64,000 nucleotides of DNA from Tubulanus polymorphus (lineage: Eukaryota > Animalia > Nemertea). Positions 14,101-26,500 of the stretch are shown piece by piece (the first letter of the stretch is position 1; each line of letters starts with the position of its first letter). The position numbers and the translations under genes are program-made. The notes under the pieces were generated by a model. The model was not told where the DNA came from. It worked only from the letters and a program-made list of their open reading frames with translations, and searched no databases. The DNA lies in contig NC_134035.1 of the NCBI RefSeq assembly GCF_964204645.1, positions 6,448,001 through 6,512,000 of the forward strand, read 5' to 3'.

Positions 14101-17100
14101 TTCAGGTTTCATGAGGTTAGCAATTTAAAATAGCATAGCTGTCATATACGGCTCCTCGTCCTCTGATGGCATGTGTATTAGGTGACAATTCAATTCAATT
14201 CTTTAGTGATCCTCATTACATATAAAATTCCGGGATAAAATTCCCAAATTCAATAAAGTTACAAATTTCAAAATAAGAAAAATACAACATACAATTCACA
14301 CAGAATAAAATAAACAAAATATTTTAAAATTACAATGTCTACTTCAACCAACTCAAGAGGATATCGAATGACAGCGAAACCGAGCAGGGACCCCGGGCCG
14401 GCTAGTCTGAATACCAGTCGTTGTTACCGGTTCCCTACAACCTGGTTGTTTGTGGAACGACGGCTAGGTACTAGACTACAGGCCGGCGGGCTAGGCCACA
14501 CACGATATGCTCCAAAGTAATGACGAAGCAGACATCCGAAGAGCTCTTTCCTCGACTATTGAGGCAATGAAGTCGAAGCAAAGTGAAGTGGAGGCAAAAG
14601 TGAATGAAGTCACCAAGTTATCAATTATTGCCAATTTTCAATAAAAAAGTTAAATGAAACCACTACTACAGTCGAAGACCTGTATCATCTACACAATCGC
14701 CAAATCTCATAATTCCCCAAATTTCTTAAAAATTCGATTTCAAATTTGCAATTCCACATTAGCTTATCCCAAAAATTCTACATTTTTTGCAGGTGTCGAA
14801 TGATTTATTTAAACTAAATTTCTTGTTCTGATTAAGTTTTGTACTGTTTTTGTTACAGGGAAGCGTGTATACAAGCTTACGAAAATCTACGTCCGTATGG
14901 TTTATTCAAATGTTCATGTCAATCTCACTCGGGAAACAACATGCGTCGCTGTTCCGGTTTACTGAAACGTTACGTGAAAAATGCCTGCCTACGTAAGTCA
15001 GCAACTGCATCATCGAGACATCGCAATGTCAGCTTTATATATGTTGTAACTTGTAATCGATTTATATAAATATTTCACTAACGCTCCGTGGAGATCTCTC
15101 CACCCGCCCGTCCCTCCTACCGTCCTTCCGTTATTTCGTCATTCCGAATCTCTGCCCCTCTAGTAGATGGTTTGCTGTGTGTGACGTGTTATCACCCGTC
15201 GATCACATTGTTGATTAATGATTTCAAGGAATACGGAGGCGCTGTGTAATTTTCACAAACTCGACAACGGAACACATTACTAATGCAATTGATAATATAT
15301 TATCCCTTTCACGGTGCAGATATCGGATTTTAATCCGGTAAAATTGCGCCAATCGTGATGAAGAATTCTGCATTTGTTGAACTGTCGTTATTGAGAGGGC
15401 AGTGTTTCATTTCGCGTCTATAATTGTTTTGAGGTTCTGCGCAGACCTGGAATTCGGCAGCAATTAAATGGTTGACAGTCGCACTCCGATTTATAATGTG
15501 TTCCATCCATGTGATATCTGCAGCTCTTTCCACTGCCGCATTGCTTAGTTCTGCAGCGAGGCGTTATTAATGACTTGTTATAAGAGCTTTCCTATCAGAA
15601 GTTAGTTAAAACAGCGTCTTATTACTTGTGTTCTATTAAGTCATCAAGATCACCACTACCTGAGAACTGTTCATAAGCGTAGAAATCATGTTTTTCGGTA
15701 TATCCCTGTTTTCTCGAATGGAGAGAAATGTGAAATAATGTCGTTGAAGCTGGTATGGCGATACTGCCGCGCCATTGTGATTTGTTCTTAAAGATGTTTT
15801 GGTGTTAAGTCATTTTTTATGTGTCATCATTCCGCGGAGAAATATCTTGATTCAACTGAAAAACGTCCACGTGGCTGCAGCTGGTATATCAGCAATGTTC
15901 CTCCGGAATCTGATATCACATTCGCAGCGATGTGTGTGGAATCTGTAAATCCGTAGAATTTTTGAAAACCCAAATTCCACGACAGGTGATATGAATAACT
16001 ACACAGTGTCGATGAAATTGGAAATAGAATATCCTTTAGTGTTTGTCTTTGATTGTTCAATGTGTTCAAAGTGCCAATTTGCCCAGCGAAATGTTGAACC
16101 CAAAGAGGTTTGATTTTTGTTTTTCCACTATTAAGTGATACCAATTACATATCAGGCAAGGCATGTATCATTCTTAAAAATGACGATAAATTTTCTATTA
16201 TTCATATCATTATTTGGGACGATTTCGACATTCAAATTATGGGTTATAATCTAATTCTTATAGTGTTTTGGTGGCAGTGTTGTCGGTATGAATTTCTTAT
16301 GGTTTTTGATCCTAAAAGTTTACCAGTTCTGAATTGATACTTCGTACATCTTATACTCTAAATTGATCCTAGACCATAACCACGAATTTGAATTATATCT
16401 GTGCCGAGATGGAGGGGAATTTTAAAATCGTTAGAAATGTTTTTTAAAAGCTCTCGGTGTTCGAGTGTGCTGCTCAGTGTGGTGTGTGGTGAATTTTGAG
16501 TCATAGCAATCACCATTCACCGACTCGCGCTAACTCAATTTACCCGTTCATCTGATAACATCTCTCCCTGCCACCTCTCCCTCTCTCATCTCCTCACTTT
16601 CCCTATACGTCTTCTTCGGAGTTCTGCATTGTATGATGTTTAAAACTTTCCATTTGAAAATTCATACATGCTACCGTTATTAATATCAATTTGTCTATAC
16701 GTAGTGAATGAACGTAAACGTAAACGAGGTGTGTTTTGATGGAATGCTATTCTTTAATTAAAACCCGCTATGTCACAGTGGAATACGCACACGCGCGGTG
16801 ATTCCAAATTAAAATTCTACCTCAGATTTCCCCTGATAAAAACGCGGTTTTAATTGTATAAGTGTTACATGTTCACACACGCTCCGCAACCGGAAACGTG
16901 ACGTGCAGATTGACACGCAACAATCTAAAACCGCATACAACCAAATCTTTATATAAAGATATTGATACAGTATTGATGAAAACCTTCGTCAACCAAATAA
17001 AAATATGTCGTTTTATGTGTAAAAAACTACTGGATTGTCGAGTCGTTTTACATCGAAGATCTCATTCCAATTTACGCGCGAAGTCTCTCGCAATTATTCG

Positions 17101-20100
17101 ACGATTAAAGCCTTAGTGACTCTGCCTATCTGAGTTCTACATATCCGGTGCCTGTGATCCGTAAAAATGAAACTAGTTCGAGAAAATGACTGCCAATAAA
17201 TAACGGTTTACACAAGTTCCATGTTGTTTGATTAATTTGATTCTGGAATTAGTTTCGAAATGCATAATTGAAACCGAGAACATTGTAACTGGCATTGTAA
17301 CTTTCCCAGAATAAAAAAAAAAATCAAACAAGCAAACAAAAAACAAACAAAAAATCACAATTGTACTCAAAATACCAATACGTACGGCGAACATGATGGA
17401 TTTTGGTAAAATAATTGCCAACCTTTGTTGATACACGTCGCCAAGTGTAGAAAGTGTGATCTGTATAAATTGAAATGATATTTGAGTAGACCTCCGCGTG
17501 GGGAATGCCCGAAATAGGGATGAATGGAGTTCTTAAATTTTGCGAAAATCGATACACTTAAAGAACAATGAAATTCGTCACTAACCAATACCGTATTAAA
17601 CTTATACTATATTCTCTGATTCCGGTCAATATGGCGATATCTAAAAGTATGGTCTAAACCTAAGAAGGCTGGGCGTTATTCAGTTGATGTGAATCTTGCT
17701 CTTATCGAACTTCATTCTCAAAATCGTTTCTAGCCCGAGAAAAACGCATAGGAAAAGTGACAGTTCGCACTATTCCTTGTAATCTTTGTTTTGCTGGTTG
17801 TTGGAGCAACAACCGGCACGTACTGTCGTTTTTGCTACACTAGTGACCGACAATTGAATTTAGCCGGCGTTTGTCTTTCTTTAGAAGGAAAAGATCAGTC
17901 TGCGACTTCGTTGGCTTCTTTGCGTCGGAGTATCACGCTGACAATGCTGAGTGGACTTGTAGCTGACGTTCAGACTCGAGCACGATTGTCCCGGGGCAAT
18001 TCAACGACATAAATTGATTTGGACACATTGATTGAATTTGTAATGCCTCCGTTGTTGCGCCTGAAGCGATGAGTCACTCGATTTTTTATATATACCCGCT
18101 TCTCTCCCATCTCTCCCCCGTCACCTCGAATTTATTAGTTTTGTGTAAGAGACGCCCTAATTTAATACAAAACAGCCATGAACAACATTAATTTTCGATC
18201 TTGATTTTAATTTCGTTTTTTAAATGGCTACCAAAAGTGCAATAGTGATTTCTTTTTCTATTTTATTGATGAAATTCATTTTCCTGCGCAAAAGGATCAA
18301 ACTTTCAGGGATAAACCACCCCTGTTCTGTATACGTCATATCTTCTGCATTTTTCAGATTAATTTAGCAATCTCACAATTTATAGATATAAATAACAACT
18401 ACAATGATAAAACAAGGATGAGATTGCCAGGTACCTACGAAATCCTAAGATTATCGATATCCCATTGACAGTTCACGTTTTGTCCTCACCGCTGGTACAC
18501 TCCCAGGACCCGGTTTAATAGACTGGTATTAACTTAACTGTGCTACTGTATGTGCTGGATATTCTGGCTGAATGATTTGATGTGGTATCATATATGCCCT
18601 ATACTAGTCTGAGTAACAGAACAAAACGACTGTTTCGTTCGTCTGGTTTAATGAGTGAACAGGTCACCGACAAACAATCGCCGTATGAGTTAGCGATTTG
18701 TGCTATCATTTATTATCTGGTTAATCAATCACGGGATGGACCTGCTGTCAACAATTACATGAAGGGAAATTCGTGTAAGCGTGAACTAATCAAGTAAATG
18801 CTACTGGACTGACCACAGCAGCAGCGGTGACTTAATCCAATAACTGTTAACACTGAGTCTTAACTACCATATGCCATCCATGACGGAGACCGAATGTCGA
18901 ATATTGCCTGAAAGAAAATTATTCAATGTTTATTTGAAATATCTTTTGTGAACTTTATGGTTATATGTTATGCTAGTGACAATTTAATGTGAAATATAAA
19001 AGTGCATTGTGTTGTAACTGGTAGGCAGTTCCATGGTTTAAACGCCAATGATGCCAACGTTGGTAGTTAACTTAATCAATAAATGAAACGAATAATTGAT
19101 GTCAAACTAACATCGGAACTCAGTCTTGCCTGCTCAAAAATGCAAATAACTTATCTTAACTGTAAAGAGTCAACCATGGAATCGAATTCAGTAACGACCA
19201 CGATGTCTTTATTACCCTCGACCGTATGGCGCAAAGGGAATTTTCGTTGTCTGCGTCCATGCGTGCGCCTGTCCGCCTGTTTGTCCGGAATATTAGTTCC
19301 CAAGAAATGCAGGAATCTTAATGATTTTAGTGAAATTCGCGTTGAAGATGGCTGATTGGCTGCCATATTGGATCTAAAAAATACACTGTTCCCAATCTAC
19401 AGCGTATAATTTTCAAAGCAGAGTGTGTATTCGCTTTCATATGGTGGCTCATGAAGGCCAAATGCAATAATTTTTACACGACTACGATTATAGAAAAACG
19501 CAAAACGAAACTTATATGACTGATTCGGGCCATAACATAAAATTCCTGGTATGCAAATGAGGGCGCCAGAACGAGAGAACGCCAAAACGGAATAAAACGT
19601 CAAATTTTCCTTGAAAATCCATTTTGGTGCGCTAAAACAAAGAATAATCCGTTTTGGCGCCCCCACCAAAAGGAAGCCAAAACAACGAAAAACGTCGAAA
19701 TTTCTCTGAAAGTTCGTTTTAGCGCCCCCGCAAAAACAACGAAAAACGTCTAGATTTCTCTAAAAATCCGTTTTGGCGCGCCAAAACAAAGAATATTTCA
19801 ACCACGAACTTTCAACCACGTAAGATAATTCTATATATGCAAGTTTATGCAAATTAAACACAGGATCAACGCGCCAAATTGAAAAATAACTTTACTGTGG
19901 TCTAATGTTTGTCTTGGCGAGGGCGCCAAAACGGAAAAAACCGCGACAAATTGGAATTTTCTTTCGTTCTTTCGTTTTGGCGCACCAAAACGGATTTTTT
20001 TTGAAAAATTTAGACGTTTTTCGTTGTTTTTGTGGGGGCGCCAAAACGAACGTTTGTTTTGGTAGGGGTGCCAAAACGGATTTTCTGAGAAAATTGAACG

Positions 20101-23100
20101 TTTTTCGTAGTTTTGGTTAGAATGCCAAAACGAAAGTTCGTTTTTACGTGGCGCCAAAACGGAATTTTCTTTGTTTCGGCGCGCCAAAACGGATTTTCAG
20201 AGAAAATTGGACGTTTTTTTTTCGTTTTCGTTTTGGCGTTCTGGCGTTCCCTGATTTACATACCAGAAATATTTCACTATGGCCCTTATCAGCCCCTATC
20301 TTATAGAGCAAAAACGATATTTTGTTTTTGCTACCCTGCAAAACATTTTACTGCGAAAAACGACAAAGATATTCGTTTTTGCTCTGAAATTTTTCGTTTG
20401 TGCTTCATAACATTCGTTTTGGCACCCTGGCATAAACGAACTTTTGTTTTTGCCTTATCGAGTTTTGTTTAGCATTTTTCTATAATCGAGGTCAAATGAA
20501 AATAATGCATTAGAGCAAAAACGAAATTTCGTTTTTGTTAGGGTGCAAAAACGAATTTTATGGCGCAAAAACGAAAATTATGGAGCAAAAATGGAAAATC
20601 ACATAGAAAAAACGAGTATTTTCGTTTTTGCGCTCTGACATTTCGTTTTTGCGCTGTAAAAGCTAAGCTGACAATATGGTAACTTTGGATTCAGTAAAAA
20701 CTTGTTCCTGTACTGCAGGGTGAAAATCCTTTTGAGTATGAACATGTAATTCTTCACCATTTTCCTTAAAAGTTAATGATCTGTGTCTAGTTTGGTAAAT
20801 ATTCATCGGTCGAGGTACTAGCGTAGCTCAAGTTTTTATTTGTCTCTCTTGGTCACAGTGGTGGCGAACGAAGTTGCCAAGATCGGTAAAGAAGACAATC
20901 AACTTCCACAGAAACCGGATGCAGTTAAGCCGGAGGAAGGAGCCATCGATGAACAACGTGACCCGGAATCGACGACATTTCCAATGATAACGACTCGAGC
21001 CGAGGAACCAAAGTTTTACAGTAAATATGCATTTTATAAATTTCATTACGATTGTTTCATATATATCGGGCGTCCCAAAGGAGATAACTGATTTCTGAAA
21101 AAAACGATTTCCCAGCTCTACCGAATTCATTGTAAATTGTCACGTCACGACAACCTTATATCAAATCACGTGCGTGCGTGTGCGTGTGTATATGCCTAGC
21201 ATCCGAACCGACAGCTTCAATTCAGATGAGCAGGACGGAATAATAATTTGTCTATTTCAGCCGTGGAATGCTACGACGCTTATGGTGATTGCAACAAAGA
21301 ATATTTGTGCCGTAGAAAAATGGAGAAATTTATCGCGTCCTGTCAATGGAACGCGCAGAAGAAAGGCTGCGATAAGAAAAAATGTCTGCCGGACATGGCC
21401 GACTATTACCAAAATGTGGCTGTTAAACACGCGCATGCAGCTGCGTTTTGCGTTTGCGAGAAAAGTGGGATAAAATGCGAGTCATTACGAGCGGTGCTAC
21501 AACCGCAGTGTGCGGTAAAAGAATCACCAACACCGTCGTGTCTGACCCTTGTCAGAAAATGTCAATCATCTTCGGATTGTAGGTATGTATAATCGCAGGT
21601 ATTACAGATCACTATAAGGACATTCGAAGTGGAACTGCATAGAACGATCTCGAAGGGTCTGGGGACAGACTGTTACCACCATCTCATTTGTTTTAGAAAC
21701 CACGATAGATGGAACTAAAACCCACAATAAGAAGGAATAACTATGAGGGTATTAAATGTTTCGGCTCAATTTTATGTGCCCTTTCGAAGCAGTTTTGGGA
21801 ATTGCTTAAATGATTGAATTGAAGCAACAATACTCTCATACTTTTTCCATCATATTGAGGGCTTTTTATCCAATTGAATCGGTCGGTCACTTGGCGGTGG
21901 AAACTTTTTATGGTACATGTCTTCGAGTATTGAGAATATTTCAAAGAAATTCAATTATCTCTTGTCAGAAAATCCTGACTGCAACATCCCTACCAGATAC
22001 AACTTAAATTTCATTTAACCAATATTTGTTGATTTAAACCTAAAATGTATTAGGTCTTTAAACAATGATGTGACCTTGGGGCGGCAATAATAACCTGTAG
22101 GTTTCAGCACTAAGTCGGTTTTGCGGAATGCTTTATTGCTCGACTACCTTGTGGGCTATAAGCCACATTCTGTAGCCGCTTCCGCATTATCTAGCGATGC
22201 CATCAAACGATGTATTTGCAACATTCTATTCGTCAACTGTTCATGATGCCAAATGGCCTAATGAACACTATCTTTAAAACTGTAAACATTACCCGAATTG
22301 TCAATTGGGGATTGGTGTTTCCAGTGCTCCGACTATTTTGTGTGCAGATCTGGTGGATGTTGCAGCGGAATACATAAATAGTTGGTATCCTACTGCGCAC
22401 TAATCCACCTTGTGGATCGTAAATTGATACAAGAAGAATCGTAGATTCCCATAATATGGTATCCTACTGCACACTAAATTGATTTGCAATCTGATTAATG
22501 TCAAGAAATCTTAATTCACTATAGACGCCGATGGGAATACTACAATAACTATTGTCACACTGATAGTAAAACAGGTGAATGTATGCACGGGAATCACTTG
22601 TGTCGTGACGCTGTAGTCGGACTTATGGGTACATTATTGATGACGAACTGTAGCTGTCAGGGGGTGCAGGACGAGGTGACATCGAGGTGTCGTGGCATCG
22701 AGGAACGACTCGTTAAAAATAGATGTAGAGGTAAAACAATAAATGAACAGTTATGTTAAATAGGTATTACTGTTTAAATAGGTATTACTCGTTGCGATTC
22801 TTAGGGCTACGGCTCCGACAGTGACGTCATATGATTGATAGATCACTTATAGAACCATGAGTATTGTGTAATTCGCCAGAAGGCCAATCGGGAAGTAAAA
22901 CATATTATTTTAACACGTTCGACAAACCATATTGAATTTAACGATGCCGATGAGTCTACTATAATAGTCGACAATGAGTTATGACTGTATCTATATTTTA
23001 TCCCTAGCCAAAGCGATTACACCGGAACCTTTTATCTACGAAGCAACTCCAGCCAACAACCTTCTCAAGGATGACAAAGAATTGATTAAATTCGAAGTGG

Positions 23101-23537
23101 AAATGCCACCGACCCCATCGAAACAAAGTAAGTTTGCACACCAGTATTGGCGCTACCATAACATTTACGCCGGTTTTATTGAAATCAAATTAGAATTATT
23201 TCCATGTTCTAATCTTACCTGATAATCAACGAAGCTTTGTATGTAAGACGGGAATACGTGTACCATGCTGCAGAACCGCATTTTCGCTGCTTTGCCATCT
23301 TTCCAAAATGGACCAAGATAATGTTGGTGATTTTTTTATTCAAACTCTGTTTTTGTAGGAATCTGTGCCAATATGTTGAAAAACGAAAAATCACCAGTCA
23401 TAAGAGTAAGTATCAAAACATTTCAATGACTGATGGAACCTTCGATGATTTATCTAAAATCTATCATAGGGGTTAAAGGTTTTCTGCTTATCGCAGAAAA
23501 GCCTATTGTTATTCCTATCGCTATCTACTGCTACGAG

Positions 23538-23579
<42 letters not shown>

Positions 23580-26500
23580 CACTACCACTACTATTTACTT
23601 ACTATAACTACAACTACTATTTTTACTATCACTAAAACTATCACCATTCATTATTTACTATTATTATCACTTATTACCGTCAGTAAAACTATTATTGCAA
23701 TTATTATGATAATAGAAATTATTATTACTGTTTATTATCGTTAATATTTTTTGCCTCCGTTTAAGCCTCCTAGTATAAATATTTTCACACCTGTTCATAG
23801 CCGTTGCATTAGTTTAAGCAATGATAAATTACCACACCAAATTTCAATTCTTCTGTTTAATTTGATAGATTTCGACAGCGTAACATCATACTTGCACGAG
23901 TGATTCATTTGAATATTTTTTTCGCACTGATTTCACGACCGCGCAAAATCAAAATCATAATAGGCAAAAACTGGAAATAGTGTGCAGCAACGAAATAATT
24001 TCTTTTGTCCGCTAAGATTTTTCTTGTCTTTAGTTTTTGCACAGGGGCAAAACAAATGTTGGATTTTGGCGTTCCCAAAAGCAGACATTCGTTCACACGT
24101 AGCTGCAAAAACAGTAATAAACAGCGCGCAAAAGTGCAATAATTGTTTTTGCGCACTAAAGATTTGTTTTTGTGTTGTGGCGCTCCAAAAAATTGCCTTG
24201 TTTTTTGAACTGATAAGATACCACAACCAACTCATAGTAAACACAAATAATTTAGAAACGCAGCAAACCTGCAATCGCTGCTTTGCAGCTACATTTTCTT
24301 TTCGTTTTTTCCAGGTTTATCCGAACAACACTCATTGTTCTGATCTATGCAAATGTATCCGCAATGGCACAATGATGTGTCAACACCTTCCCTGTCTTCC
24401 TGTGAAATCCTGCACTGAATCACTCAGTATATACGGTCAGTATGGTTGTCTACCTTCCCTGGCCCACTCCTCTCAATTCCTAGCCCATTCAGCTAATCAT
24501 AACATCGAACTACAATCAAACCTACGTGTGTATGCTTTTCTACCAGCCTTGCACATGTACATGGCATAGACAATGTTCAAGATGTCACAGTTGACAATAT
24601 AATCTGGTGTCTGCACCAGACACTGTCTCCAATACCTGAGTCCAAGTCATTCGGTTCCACATTTGAACAGGTCCATCATACACGATACATGTAGTGTTTA
24701 TTTGTTTGTTTGATAGGACACGGTTCCGTGATTCCAAGGAATAACCGAGGTACATGCCGGTGCCACGTCGGTGAAATCATCTGCGCCAAAGGACGGAATC
24801 CAGTTATAACTGGAAACGGTCAGTAATCCATTGTGGTGACATCATTTCTTCATAGCATAAATATGCAAGTAGTTTGGCGAAAATGTGGTGGTAAGACGTG
24901 ACTTCCCCTTAAAAATCCTGGCAATCTCTTTATACACAACGTATTTTTCATACAACATTGGTTTTTTTGGGGGGAGGGGATAGGCATACTATTATAACTT
25001 CGTCGTCCGTCGTCCGCCGTCCGCCTGTGTGTCCGTCCGTCTGTCCGCCTCAACCCTAAAAGATTTTCCTGAAATTCAAGAATTGTGTTGTACCTCGTGA
25101 GGATAGTTACTGATTAGATTTTGGGTCCTATAGGTCCTAGGTCAAGGTCACTGGAAGTAATTGTTTTATTATCTTATCTGGCTTAACTCATAAATGGTTA
25201 ATCAACTCCTCCAGTGAAATCTAGTAGATGAGCTGTACTAGAGACAACCGATAACTGATTTGATTTCGGGTCCTGTGCGTCGAAGGTCAAGGAAACTGAA
25301 AACCATTTCGTCATTATCATACCCTGGCCCTTACTCATTGAGAGTTGAAGATAGGTGGAATTTGATGGATAACTTGTTCTAAAGAAAATATGTTAATTAA
25401 TAGATTTTGAATCCTGTCGGTCAGGGTCAAGATTACCTAAGATAACCTATCTTGTATTTTCGATTTGTGTGCTATTACGCATAAACGGTTTGAAATAATT
25501 GCAATTGGATGGATGCCTTGTCCTGTTGGTTACTGATTAGATTTTTGGTCCTGTGGGTACAAAATTCAAGGTCACATGCAACCAGCTTATTTTTTCGGGT
25601 CGACGAACTCTCAGGGCGCTGTTTTTACAAAGGCGTTTATCGTATCATATCATTACTTACCATCAAAGGTCAACCTCTTAATTTTTGTATTTCATATCCT
25701 TTGTGGAGAAGGTACTTAACGCACCTCACTTAAATCGTTCTTTATCAGGGTGCTGCCATGAAAATATATATGGTTTTGTCTGAAAGTATCTATGAAAAGT
25801 ATCTATTCTCTAAAAATGATAATGCTTTCAATAACCGTATTTTCGTACTTTTAGATTCTCCTGGTTGTACTCTTTAACCTTATTAGGGGCATTATTCGTC
25901 CCTAGCGACATTCTAGTTTTATCCCCGAAACATCTCGACTTGTATCTATTTCCGCCGTTGAACACATTTGAAAACAATGCTGTTTCCCATGATAGTCTTC
26001 TATGGAACTGCTATTAATAATACTGCTTTAAATCACACTGCTAAAATTGTTTTTAGGCATATTTTTACAAGTCGGTTATAGTCAAATAGACAGAGAAAAT
26101 CTGCGCAAATTCAGCATCAATTTCAATTATGAGGTTCTCTGTATGAGATTGACGAATCTGCTGCAACCTCAGCCGTACGGGGTAAGTCTCAAGGCCCTTA
26201 CACCCACTCACCCTGAACTTTATGGGGTAGTTTTTAAATCATGTGACACCGTGTAAGATCCTTTAAATCCTATTAGGTTTTTGGTTAGCCAGACTACAGT
26301 AGCTCTTCTTTTATGAATTTTAGGTTCCTTGCGAATTGAAGATTATGGCGAAGACTCCTGGAAATATTGTTTTTGGGGTCATACCAACACGTAATAAACA
26401 GGTATTAACGGCTCATCATCTCCGAGAGGAAGAGAGAGGGATGAAGGGCAGGGAAGGAGGGGAAGGGGAAAGTGAGGGAGCTCGTTTTACTTACTCTGAT

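Noticed and set aside
19831-20472. Several 60-119 aa ORFs
   Set aside because: They arise from palindromic repeat DNA and have no protein motifs.
23433-23744. Poly-Tyr/Thr ORF
   Set aside because: (TAC)n microsatellite inside a repeat element.
23982-24569. 195-aa ORF as an independent gene
   Set aside because: Only 24315-24435 is exon-like; the rest is intron or repeat read-through.
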